Assembly (NCBI GenBank): GCA_965645245.1
Contig: OZ287076.1
Span: 1,922,001-1,986,000, forward strand
DNA length: 64,000 bases
Origin: Massalongia carnosa
Lineage: Eukaryota
Direction of reading: 5' to 3'
How positions within the stretch are numbered: the first letter of the stretch is position 1; each line of letters opens with the position of its first letter. Shown here piece by piece: positions 23,388-34,288 of the stretch. The notes below the pieces were generated by a model. It was not told the origin of the DNA and ran no database searches. It worked only from the letters and a program-made list of their open reading frames with translations. The translations under genes and the position numbers were made by a program.

Positions 23388-25555
23388 CTAATCCTCATCT
23401 TCATCTTCGGCATAATCGTATTCTAGACTATGCGTCTCATCTTCCTCAATTGTATCTCCCACTCCAGATCCTACCTCCCCGCCCCCGTCCACCTCCCCAT
23501 CCTCCATCCCCTTATCCACCCGAGTGACCGCCTGAGTGACCGCCTGAGTGGCCATTTGCGATGTCGGTAAATGGCGTTGACGCCGAGGGGGAGGCGGGGG
23601 CATTTGCTGAGATATCTGTCGAGACATTTGTCGAGACATTTGCAAAGGCATTTGCCGAGACATTTCTCTTCCAAATTTACTGACGTCTCGCGCCAGTTGA
23701 ATCCCGATTCCCGGAGGAATTCCTAGCTCCTGCCAGAACGTCTGATGCTCGATGCCTTTCAAGGATTGAACGGTCATCAGATCGTACCCACCTTCCATCA
23801 ATCGATCGCAGGCGTTGGTGAGCACTCCTTTCAAATGAGGCTTCATTTGAACGAGCCAACTGACATAGTCTTCCAGATCTTCTTCCACTGGACTGCTGCG
23901 GGCGACGGAGGGGAGAGGGAGAAATCGACTCACGCTTCGACTGCTTCTGGATGATCTCGAATCTCTCCAATCCAACGGCGTTTTCTCACGGGCTCGTCTC
24001 GAGTCAGGTAATGTAGAAGGAGCATACTAAGAAGGATAAAATGCCGAGGGGGGAAATGCCGAGTGAGGAAATGCCGAGGGGAATGCCGAGGGAAATGTCG
24101 AGGGGAATGCCAATGACGAGGGGGGAAATGTCGAGTGGGGGATTTGGTACGAGTGGTGTTGACACATGGGATGTTGATAAATGGAATGCCCACCTCCAAA
24201 GGGCATTTCCTGAGACGAGGTTTCCTGTTTTGGAGATGATGATTCAGTCTTTTTCTTACCTTTATTCAGGGAGAATAAATTCTCTCTGATCTTCGGTGGA
24301 GGTGTTCGAGAATCAACGCCTGAAATTCCATCATCTAGTGCTTTATTCCAGGTCACGAAATGAGCACTGTTGAGAGGATAATGCTGATTCTTCGTCTCAT
24401 CATCCCAACAGTACTGATCCGAAATTCCTACATGCGCGTTTTTCACAGAGATGCAGACTTTGCAACTCGGACATTCTTTCGGCCGTCATGCCTTGCAACA
24501 TGGCTCGTTCCTCCATCTCTTTTTGCTGCTTCATGGTCGCGGTTCCCAATTTCTTGGTGGCGACAGCTGTGGCAGCAGCAATAGGATCATCGGGAGGAAT
24601 GACGCCATCTTTGGTACGACTGAAGTTGAAAATAAGATCAACCGCGAAGCTTTTCTTTCGAATGCTGCTGTCTTCTAAATGAATTAGAACCTCCTCAATG
24701 GGCTGCCAGGATTCGATCAACATGAGAGCTGCTTTTTCATGCGGTTTGATTCCATTCCATAACACGGTCGCTTTGATATCGACCAAATGACAAACATACA
24801 TTTTGGAATTCGCATACGTCTCGGCTTTCAAACTCATGTCCCCGGTGTAGCTTCTCAAAAAGAATCTTTTCGACGTAGTTGAATTGACTTCGTATGGAAT
24901 CACCGTCTCGAAAACGACGTGCTTCTCATACGACATCTTCACATTTAGTAGATATTTGATTACCGTCGGAGGCAGTGGCGAAGGGGATAAACGGGAGGGT
25001 TCCTTTCTTCTTGGTTTTCTAGACTTCTTACTGACAATCGAGTTACTAGGCACATTGAGATCTTCGACATCATCTTCGGCATCATCTTCGGAATCATCTT
25101 CGGCATCATCTTCGGCATCTACAGCTTTCATCGCGTTCTCCTTTCTCCACTGACCCTGCCACCTCTGCTTCTCGTCTTCATCCGTCCAGTCGTCGGAGGA
25201 ATCCTCCGTAATGACAAGGGGACTATAATAATTCGATTCGAAAGTCTTTGACTGCTGAGGCTGGACCTTTGACTTGGGAGGGGCCTTTGGCTTGGGAGGG
25301 ACCTTTGGCTTGGGAGGGGCCTTTGGCTTGAGGGGGGCCTTTGGCTTGAAGGGGGGCTTTGACTTGAGGGGAGGCTTTGGCTTGGGAGGGGCCGACGTCG
25401 ATTCCGGCGAGGCTTCATCGATGCCGGCGGCGACAATGGCTCTGGCTCTCGGCCCTCCCAAAGTCAGTTTGATTCTCTTACCTTTGAAAGGCTCTTTTCC
25501 AGCCGGGGGGGGGGCCGGAATTTGATCTTTTTGCTCTCGGTTCACGAAGTTTCAT
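23388..25555 (-). pseudogene. Cargo gene of Tc1-A (~720 codons): Lys/Pro-rich N-terminus, CxxxxCxN..CW...HY putative Zn motif, C-terminal SAM-like helical domain
   Basis: ORFs 24400-25545, 24027-24446 and 23388-23975 join through a homopolymer slip (~25505), a 1-bp frameshift (~24418) and one in-frame TAG (24027-24029). Confidence 0.65.
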
Positions 25556-25789
25556 ATCTGAGATAAAAAATGGGGAATGGCAGAGGGGGGAGGGAAAAAA
25601 GACGGGGAATGGCATCTACATATACTAATCTACAAGTCGCTTCAATACTGACCAGTAGTACGACTTCATTGGCATGTAGGCGGTGAGGGTAGTTTTCAGA
25701 TTTTTGCCGGCATTTTGCCATTTTCGCGTAAATATTTGATGTGTGGTCCCAAATTCAGGGTCGCGACCAACCTTTTGCAGTCGACTGTA

Positions 25790-28700
25790 ACCCATCAATT
25801 TTCTTCAATGCTTACAATTTGATAGATCAGTTAAATGATCTCTTCTTTATGGCTATGCCAACCGTTTGGTTGCATGCCCCAGTATATCCGTTATTTTTCT
25901 ATCTTTTGCAGCCTGATTTGGCCTCTTAGCCTTTTCGAAGCTATTGGTTGGATTTCTTTTGATGTTCGGCCAACTTCATTATCGAAACCATACATTTCGT
26001 ACGGTTTTGTTGGTCTTGTAGACCTTCGTGCAGGCTCACTTTAGGGGGCCTGAAGTCTCTTTCTTCTCGGTTGGGGTTGATTTGGGCTAAGCACATCAGC
26101 TGGTGTGGGTTGATTGGACTCATCTCTTGGAGTGATATCTCCCACTGAATCATTGATATCCCTATTATCCCGTTCTTGGAGTGTGGATGCTATAACTTGG
26201 TTTTCAGTAGTCCTAATAGGGTTGGGAATTGACTCAGTTTGGGGAACGACTGCAATAGGGTCTGATAGTTCTCCCTCGCTATCGCTGTCGTCATTATTTG
26301 TTCCTTCTTCCACAACTGATTCTTTTCTCAGCAATTTGCCTCCTGGTTTTCCTTCGTGAAATTTGACTGACGTATGCTATTTAACCCTTCGTCTCTCTAG
26401 GTTGTATATACGCCGTTGATTGGTGGAATGGTAACCCACGAAGATGCCTTGAACGGAGACCTTATCTAGCTTGGCCCGGTTTTCGCTGGGGATGTAAACG
26501 TACACTAGGCATCTGAAAGTTCTAAGATGACTGATTGTAGGTTTCTTTCCGTACCCTTCTTCGTTGGGTGATAGATTGTCTTTGGCTGCAGGAAGTTAAT
26601 TCGTGATATAGTTAGCTGTCATAATTGCCTCTCCCCAAAATAATTGAGGAAGCTCAGCCCAAAGAACCATGGCCCTAGCAATTTGAACAACCGTTCTATT
26701 GAACCTTTCCGCCACCCCATTTTGCTCGGGTGTATATGGAGTAGTAGACTTCATTTTGACCCCGCCTGGTCGTATGAGCTCCTCGAGCTTTTGGTATTCC
26801 TTGGCATTATCACATCGATAAAGCTTCACCTTCTCCCCGGTCTCTAATTCAACCTGCTGCTGCCATTCGCTGATTTTGGAGTATATTTCCCTCCGAGACT
26901 TCAAGCAAATGGTCCAAGATTTCCTTGTAAAATCGTCAATGCAAGAGACGAAGTATCTATGGCCGCCAAGAGTATTGACTCGGTAGGGGCCCACGCGGGG
27001 CCAAAAAAAGTTCCCACACCAAAATTTCACCCACCCTAAAAATCCTTCTTTACCCATCATGAATAATCACTATTATACACGACTATATGCAACAAAAAAA
27101 TCGCTCAATCTCCTGTCATTTTACCCTCTCCATCTAGCACATCATGCATGCGTTGTGGCATTTGTTCTACTAACGAATTGATCCATTCCTGGGGAACGTG
27201 ATCTGATCCCCCCACCCTGTACGAATTGCATCTAAAGTGGTCTCATCGTCCCAATGATCCGATTTTGATAACCACTGCTTGACGGGCAGCCAGCAGTTTT
27301 CAATGATGGACAAATCGGGAGATTTTGGGGCGTTGAAGTAGTACTTTAACCCGTTTTCTTCCTTCCATTTCCGTACGATGTTGTTATTGTTGGCTGAACC
27401 ATGCCCCGAATCACCATCTTCCTCCAAAACAAATCGTTCACTCATCTCGAGACACGGCTTTACAATAGGCTCCAAAATGGAGTCTATATAGACTCTTTGA
27501 CTCATCTTTCCATTGGTGTTTCCAGTAACCTCGTAAAAAATCATATCTGATTTGTAATTCCATCCCACCCACGCCCAGCAATGAAAACGCTTTTGTACTC
27601 TTTCTTCGGGCTCTTTCCCCTCCTGCATGCAGTCAAAACAATATCTTTGACCCGGTCGACGTATAATGCGTAATCGGCGTTGAGGACCAAGCCCGAAATG
27701 AACTTCATCGCTGAAACGAACCAACTTCCAGTCCTCCAATGTCCAAGTGGTGATTTTATCTCGTGCAAAAGTACGTCTTAAAGCACGAAGATGAGGAGCA
27801 ATACAGGTTCTCGTACAAGCGATGCATTTGTGATATTCCAAGTCCTGCATAGTATTTCTGATGGTGTGCCAATGCACTCGATTACTGCCCACGAGGCCTA
27901 CTTCTTTGGCCAGTTGATGCCAGGACATAGCTCGAGCTTGAATACCTCCATTTTCAATTATTTCCTCCAGTCTCTTAAGAGTCTCCCAATCAATCGCTTT
28001 TTTTCTACCTCGATTCTCTGGCCAGACCGAGTTGTGATGAAATCGACGAGATGATTCGCCCCGAAGCATGGCGTAACCGCTCGTTCATTCCACGCCGAAA
28101 TGACGAAAAACGTCTTCTTTAAAATAGAGAATTTTATGAGCATCATTAAATTCAACAAACGCACCAGCTTGCTGGGGGCTAGTGAAGTTGTCACCGTGAC
28201 GGACGGCACCAGGCGTGTAAGCGGGATAGGGCCGGACGCTAGCAGGAGGTGAAAAACTCTTCACCTCCTCCATCCCCCCATCTCTTCTCTCTTTCCTCAT
28301 CAACACTCATCAAAAATCGTGTTTCGCTGTTTCTCCCACCCGCCCTCTCCTACACAGTCTGTCGCTTAGATAGATGGAGTATGTCTTGACCCCAGGGTTC
28401 GCATCTACAGCGTCCATGGACCCCGTAGCCTACCCGTTGCGGCTCCGTACCCGGCGCGGACGGCGCACGAACGGTGTCATGCCACACCCTAGGGTCAGGA
28501 GTTTGCCCAAACACTAGAATAGCAATAAACCCAAGGTGGCTACGTTTCACTAGCAGCTTGAACTTTAGCTTTTATGGGCGTAGAATACTCCTGATTACAG
28601 TTATGATCATCAAAATCAGGTGTACTAGAACGATTAATTGATGATTGATTATTCATAATGAGGGAGTTGGGTAAAAGAAGGATTTTTAGGGTGGGTGAAA

Positions 28701-28890
28701 TCTTTGGTGTGGGAACTTTTTTTGGCCCCGCGTGGGGCCCCAAATATCGGTATGGACCCTTCCTAAACGCCGTGATTCACTGTCTGGGGGCATGCGATTA
28801 ATGATTCGTACTTGCTTGGAAAAATCGCAAGTGCTGCAGTATGGATTTTGGGGTAAGGAAGCAAGATTAAGAGGCCCCTGAGCCACCACC
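25790..28890 (-). pseudogene. pol: Copia-E integrase region, interrupted by Tc1-B
   Basis: CSTCDFSK...HTDIWG|PYRVNTLGG...RCDNAKEY...TPEQNGVAER; close to the Copia-C family. Confidence 0.85.
26992..28734 (-). mobile_element. Tc1-B: DD38E Tc1-like transposon with ~75-bp TIRs, inserted in the GGGGCCCC of the Copia-E integrase
   Basis: TIR (C)CACGCGGGGCCAAAAAAAGTTCCCACACC...; transposase FSDEVHF...EEDGDSGH...SPDLSIIE (ORF 27170-28069; 5' part at ~28656-28085 disrupted). Confidence 0.9.
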
Positions 28891-29720
28891 TAAGAACATC
28901 ACTTAGGTTCACACACCCCTTCAGCTTCTATGCGAACAGTGTAGAAGTTGATTTCTGATGCTATTTGCTGAGTTCTGATGCTATCGTGAATTTTGATGCT
29001 ATCAAGGCCCTTCCTTTTTAGGCCCTTCCTGAGACGGCTGTTTAGGCCCTTCTGCCTTGACTAGTCCTAGTAGGTTGATAAATTCTTTGTGCCGCTGAAT
29101 TGGTAGGGCCTTAGTGAACCTATCGGCCAAAATCTGAGCTGATGGCACCAGTTGATAGAGATCGTCTTATTGATCACTTCTTGCCGTAGCCAATGTGAAT
29201 GAATATCCACATGCCTTAGCTTAGTCGAGAATCGGGGGTTTTCTGATATTAGGGCTCTGATAGTTTGACGGTTATCACATTGAATGGTGAGATCATTTCC
29301 TAGGTCAAATTCAATCAACTCAAACAGACGGGACCACCATATGGTCTCTTTCACGGTCTGAGAAATAGCCAGCAATTCAGCCTCAGTTGACGATAGCGTA
29401 ACCGTGTAGAAGTATGAGGTTATATATTTTTGTTATATTGATGATTCTATGACTCTACTTCTAAGGTCTGAAATCCTCCTAGTCCAGGATGCGTGCCGCA
29501 TACCGGAATAGGTCTACTGTTACACGTGACCATAATAATGTCTAGCGCCATAGGTTGGTATCCAACACCCCCCCACAAGCTATGCGCTAGTTACGTAAGA
29601 ATCGCCCACGCTAACGAATCGATTTTTATCTCGTTTTTTCTGGAAGAATCAGCAGCTGTTGGTTGCATCGGTTCATTGGTAGGTTGTGGCTCCAGGTAGT
29701 GTGGCTGTGCTGATTTGGCT

Positions 29721-32700
29721 CTAGGTCATCTGCATCTGTTCGACAAAGGTGTGGAACTTTGCGTGCGTTAGGGCCTTCGTCAGGCCGTCGGCGATCATCT
29801 CCCCAGTTGGCACGTAGGTCAACTCGATTCTCTTTGCCTCCACCTCGTCTCGGATGTAATGGTGCTGGATATCGATGTGTTTGGTCCTGGCATGGAATAC
29901 TGGGTTGTGTGCCAGAGCAAGAGATCCTTGGTTGTCACCTTTGAGTGAAACAGTGGGGTCTCCGTCGCTGGGCTTGAGGCTGTTGAGGTCTCTGTCGATC
30001 GCTTGTACGCACGAGTTCTTGTTGGAGACCTTGATCTCAGCATGCTGTTGGTCCGCTTCCAACACCCCAAGCTCTGTGAGGAGTAGACGAAGCCAGGTGG
30101 CTTCTTTGGCGGCCAGCGTGAGTGCGATGTATTCCGCTTCTGTGGAAGAGAGAGCAACTGTTAATTGCCTTTTAGAGCACCAGCTTATCGGTCCCCCGTT
30201 CAGCATAAAGATGAAACCGGATGTTGACTTCCGGCTGTCCTTGTCACCTGCCCAATCCGAGTCCGAATAGCCTTCGATTTTCAGTTCTTCATCCCCCCCA
30301 TAGGTTATGCCTCGATGTTTCGAGCCCTTGAGGTATTTGAGGATGGTTTTGACTGCTTCGGTGTGCTGATGGCTCGGGTTCTTGGCAAAGCGACTTACGA
30401 GGGACGTGGCGAAGGCAATATCTGGTCTGGTCTCTACCATGGAGAACATTATGGACCCCGTCATTCCTTGGTATCTCTCCTTCTCTGGTGGTGAGGCTTC
30501 TCCTTCCTCGCGTTGGGAGAGTGGCACAGATTCTTTCATCGGGGTGTTGACGGGGTTGGCTTTGTCGAGATGGAATCTCTCCAACACTTTTTCGATGTAG
30601 GCCGGTTGAGACAGTTTGATGGTTCGTTGCTTTCGATCCCGATCTATTCTCAGTCCTAGGTAAAAGCTGATGGGACCCATATCTGACATAGAGAATGCAG
30701 CTGTGAGTTCTGCTTTGACTCGCTTGATTATCCCACTGTCCTTTGGCGCCATAATCTTGATGTCATCTACGAAGACGCTGAGTACGGGACCTTTCAGCCC
30801 TGCACCCGATACGAATATACTGTGGTCTGCGTGGATGCGTTTCAAGCCTAGTTTCTCGAGGAGGAAGGCTGAAAAGCGTTCGTACCAGAGGCGGGGAGAT
30901 TGTTTGAGGCCGTAGATAGCTTTCAACAGTTTGCAAACCATATTCTTTGTGGCTTCTGTCTCAGTTCCCTTTGGAATCTCCATATATATCAGTTGATCAA
31001 TGAGGCCATAGAGAAAAGCCGTTTTTACGTCCATCTGGTCGATGTCCAGGTCGAAGAAGGCGGCAAGGGCGAACAGGGTTCTGAAGGCCATTGGCTTCAC
31101 CACGGATGCGTAGGTTTGATCGAAATCAACACCAAACTGCTGTAGGTACCCTTTGATAACCCATCTGGCTTTGAATCTAGATACCTTGCCTTCGACATCA
31201 CGCTTGACCTTGTACACCCACTTCCCCCCCAGAGGTCGATGACCTGACTCCATCTCGTTCTTTGGTATGAGAACCCAGGTCTTGTTTTCGTGTAGAGAGT
31301 CTATTTCTTCTTTCATTGCCTGTGCCCACTGCGAGGCGTGGGGGCATTGCATTGCCCTGTTGTATGACTCAGGTTCTTCGACATCTAATTGGGTGGCAAG
31401 GACGTAGTCTCCTTTACTTTGGGCATTGGCCTGAATGAGCCTCGAAGTCAAGATTGTGTATGGGTCGTCGTCTGCGTCATGGCCGTCCTCCTCGCATTCG
31501 ATGTTTGTCAGGAACGCGTTTGCTTTTTCCTCCGAGCTGTGTTCCCAGTCAAGGTCTAGCAGCTTGCTGAGATGTACTATCAGATCTTGATCTTGAGCCT
31601 TTTGTGTAGGCCTTATCGTTCGGCCAGACCGAGACTTCCTTGTCTCCGTAGTTTCATTTGACGCTCCAGTAGTTTCATCTCTAGTAGTGACCTTTCGGCC
31701 CTTCCTAGGGGTTACTTTACTGGGAGTTGACTCGCTGGCACCTGTTGCATTGTTGAACTTTCGGCCTACATCCAACATCTGTGTGTCGCTCGTCGCCTCG
31801 TCATCGTCATCGGAGAGTAAGAAACCTGAGAAGGTGGGAGTGTTTTTGTATTCAGGAAGCTCGGTGGACGTCTTGGCCTCGTAGTCTTCAAAGATTCTGA
31901 GATCTTTGATGCGAATGACTTTGTTCTGTTCTCGGATGTGGACTCTGTAGATTGTATGACCATCGTATCCAACAAGAATACCGCGTAAGGCTCGTGGGTT
32001 CCACTTCTCAGACTTTAAGGCTCGTTCCTCTTCGTGTAGGAGAACGTACACTGTCGAGCCTAACACTCGGAGGTGTTGGATATCTGGGTGGATTTTCTGC
32101 TGTGCATGGTAGGGGTTGTCTCCACCTAAAGCCTTCGTGGGACGAACATTTTTGACGTACGTCATCGCAAGAACAATTTCAGGCCACAGCTCGTCATCAA
32201 GGCTTCCCTCTAGGATTGTCGCTCTTGTCATATCCATGATGGTTCTTCCCATTCGTTCTGACACGCCGTTTTGTTCCTGAGAGTACGGTGCTGAGGGTTC
32301 AAAAGTGATGCCCTTCTTCGCAAACCATTCCTCTACCCTTTTGCTCTGCAGTTCTGATCCATAATCTGAACGTAGGCGTTCGACTGGTCTCTCTTTGTGT
32401 GACCTGGTTTTGCAGAGGTTGTAGAAGGTCTTAAGACATTTGAACCAATCGCTTTTCCGGGCACCAGTGTGCACTTCGGTATATCGCGTGAAGTCATCCG
32501 TAAATGTGAAGAAGTATCTCTCCCCTCCAAAACCAACAGGGTTGATGGGACCTACTAGGTCTGTGTGTATAAACTGGTACGACTCGCTTGCTCGTTTCTG
32601 AGGCTCGTGGCGGTTGTAGATTTTTGTGGCTTTCGCACGTTGGCAGCTGTCACACACGTACTTTTCTGAGTCGTCCAAGTAGTCGATCTCCAGTTTGTGG

Positions 32701-33251
32701 AGATGTTGCTTCAGTGAGGGGAAGTTGAGGTGGCCGAGTCGTTTGTGCCAGGTGGTGAGAGGTAGTTTTGATGAGGTGGTGGTCCTGTAGGCGTGTGGTG
32801 GCCACTCGTACGTGTTGGCGTCGATCTGCTTTAGATGAGTTGCAGAGACAGAGAGGTTGAGAGGGTGAAGAAGGAAGCTGGTCCTCCACCTTTCGGCGTA
32901 AGCCAGGGTTTCCTTTGTTCTTCTATCATAGAGTGTCTCGTTCTCATTATCATAGAAAATTCCATGAATGTTAAGAAGGCCGAGGCTGACAAGATTAGAA
33001 GGACTGTGGGGAAGGAAAAACACGTTGTTCAGGTTCAGGATCACTCCTTCGCGACCGTCTTTCAGGCTGAGGCGAAGGCGCACCTTTCCACGGCCTGGTG
33101 AAACCCCATCTGCAGTTGAGCCTCCGATCCGGGTAGGCTTTTCGTGGTACTCAGTCATCAAGCTTCGATCATTGCACACGTGCACGTCCGCCGCGCTGTC
33201 AACCAGCCAGGAAGCGTCTCTCGGCCCTTTGACCGCTAGCACCTTTGGTTG
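29721..33251 (-). CDS. pol: Copia-B Pol (PR-IN-RT-RH), in frame with gag after a single TGA
   Basis: WLVDSAADVH, HTDLVGP, YGLKQSPRLW, FVDDI, YSDSDWAG, KHIDIQHHY in one 1173-aa ORF. Confidence 0.95.
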   Translation of the reverse strand, partial: QPKVLAVKGPRDASWLVDSAADVHVCNDRSLMTEYHEKPTRIGGSTADGVSPGRGKVRLRLSLKDGREGVILNLNNVFFLPHSPSNLVSLGLLNIHGIFYDNENETLYDRRTKETLAYAERWRTSFLLHPLNLSVSATHLKQIDANTYEWPPHAYRTTTSSKLPLTTWHKRLGHLNFPSLKQHLHKLEIDYLDDSEKYVCDSCQRAKATKIYNRHEPQKRASESYQFIHTDLVGPINPVGFGGERYFFTFTDDFTRYTEVHTGARKSDWFKCLKTFYNLCKTRSHKERPVERLRSDYGSELQSKRVEEWFAKKGITFEPSAPYSQEQNGVSERMGRTIMDMTRATILEGSLDDELWPEIVLAMTYVKNVRPTKALGGDNPYHAQQKIHPDIQHLRVLGSTVYVLLHEEERALKSEKWNPRALRGILVGYDGHTIYRVHIREQNKVIRIKDLRIFEDYEAKTSTELPEYKNTPTFSGFLLSDDDDEATSDTQMLDVGRKFNNATGASESTPSKVTPRKGRKVTTRDETTGASNETTETRKSRSGRTIRPTQKAQDQDLIVHLSKLLDLDWEHSSEEKANAFLTNIECEEDGHDADDDPYTILTSRLIQANAQSKGDYVLATQLDVEEPESYNRAMQCPHASQWAQAMKEEIDSLHENKTWVLIPKNEMESGHRPLGGKWVYKVKRDVEGKVSRFKARWVIKGYLQQFGVDFDQTYASVVKPMAFRTLFALAAFFDLDIDQMDVKTAFLYGLIDQLIYMEIPKGTETEATKNMVCKLLKAIYGLKQSPRLWYERFSAFLLEKLGLKRIHADHSIFVSGAGLKGPVLSVFVDDIKIMAPKDSGIIKRVKAELTAAFSMSDMGPISFYLGLRIDRDRKQRTIKLSQPAYIEKVLERFHLDKANPVNTPMKESVPLSQREEGEASPPEKERYQGMTGSIMFSMVETRPDIAFATSLVSRFAKNPSHQHTEAVKTILKYLKGSKHRGITYGGDEELKIEGYSDSDWAGDKDSRKSTSGFIFMLNGGPISWCSKRQLTVALSSTEAEYIALTLAAKEATWLRLLLTELGVLEADQQHAEIKVSNKNSCVQAIDRDLNSLKPSDGDPTVSLKGDNQGSLALAHNPVFHARTKHIDIQHHYIRDEVEAKRIELTYVPTGEMIADGLTKALTHAKFHTFVEQMQMT

Positions 33252-34208
33252 TCAACTTTCGCGGGACGGGGTCTCGGAAGGGCTCTCTGTCTGGCTTTGG
33301 AGGTTTTGCCTAGAGCCTTTTGTTCTCATCTGATGCAGCGAGTGTTTTGGCCGAAGTTCGGGGTATCTCAGGAAACAACGGTCTGTGTAGTGCTGTGTAT
33401 TTCCCTTCTTGATGCAATCTGAGTTTGTGCAGGTCCCCGGGGGTGCTCGATTACTAGGCTTTGGTGGTTTGGAGGTGAAGAGTGCCGATTGTTTGGGTGT
33501 GCCGGATTGTCCTGGAGTTTGGTCGTTCTCTTTCCTGATTTCTGCAAACCGGATAAGCTTTTTAGTGCTCTCGGCGATGTTTGTGTTCCCCATTTTCCAC
33601 TCTGTCTCCATCATAGAGACGATCCCCGAGTATTCGTTTCCCATCCCAGTGAGCAGTCCTGCCTGCAGGAGTACCTCGGCTCCTTTTGCGGGGATCTCGG
33701 AATCTGTGGGAATGAGGCCGCACACAGTGTCGTAGGCCTCTTGGTATTTGCTGCAATATTCGTGAATGTCTGTGCAGTCCGATAGTCGTAATTTGGTGGT
33801 CTCCAGGATGAGTCGCGAGATGCTCATTGGAGAGATGTGCTGAAATTTCGTTTGTAGGGTTTCCCACATTTCCTTGGCTTCTTTGCCCTCGATAGCTGCT
33901 TGGTGTTTGGAGGCTACGGAGTTTTTGATGATGCCCTCCGCTTTGCTCAGGGAGGCTCGGTGCTCTTTAATTTCGGTGGAGAGGGCAGTCCAGAGTGCTT
34001 GGGCCGTCATTTCGGTGGGTTTGAAGCCCATGGCTATGATGTCCGATCTGACGGACTCCTTCGTTGGCTCTGGCTTTCCGGTGACTGCCCAGGCGCAGTT
34101 CTTCTGCTTGAGCTCTCCCAGAATGTAGGATCGCCATAATGTATAGTTCTCGGAGCCTTGGAGAATGATGCGGGGAGCCTTCTCCTGCTCTTCTCGTCGG
34201 TCTGACAT
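33252..34208 (-). CDS. gag: Copia-B Gag (ATG 34208, MSDRREEQEK...)
   Basis: ILQGSENYTLW, AKEMWETLQ, CTNSDC...HYTDRC; ends with TGA in frame with pol. Confidence 0.9.
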   Translation of the reverse strand: MSDRREEQEKAPRIILQGSENYTLWRSYILGELKQKNCAWAVTGKPEPTKESVRSDIIAMGFKPTEMTAQALWTALSTEIKEHRASLSKAEGIIKNSVASKHQAAIEGKEAKEMWETLQTKFQHISPMSISRLILETTKLRLSDCTDIHEYCSKYQEAYDTVCGLIPTDSEIPAKGAEVLLQAGLLTGMGNEYSGIVSMMETEWKMGNTNIAESTKKLIRFAEIRKENDQTPGQSGTPKQSALFTSKPPKPSNRAPPGTCTNSDCIKKGNTQHYTDRCFLRYPELRPKHSLHQMRTKGSRQNLQSQTESPSETPSRES

Positions 34209-34288
34209 TTTGTGGTTTTTTGGGCGAAGAGTTCTCAACGCCTTTGGGTTGTAGGAAGGTGGGTTGCCTTGTAGCTGTTGTGGTATGC

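Larger units (their letters stand above)
22129..25787. mobile_element. Tc1-A: Tc1/IS630-type DNA transposon with ~217-bp TIRs and two convergent genes
   Basis: TIRs 22129-22345 and 25571-25787 (CAGTCGACTGCAAAAGG...); TA on the right flank, CA on the left. Confidence 0.9.
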
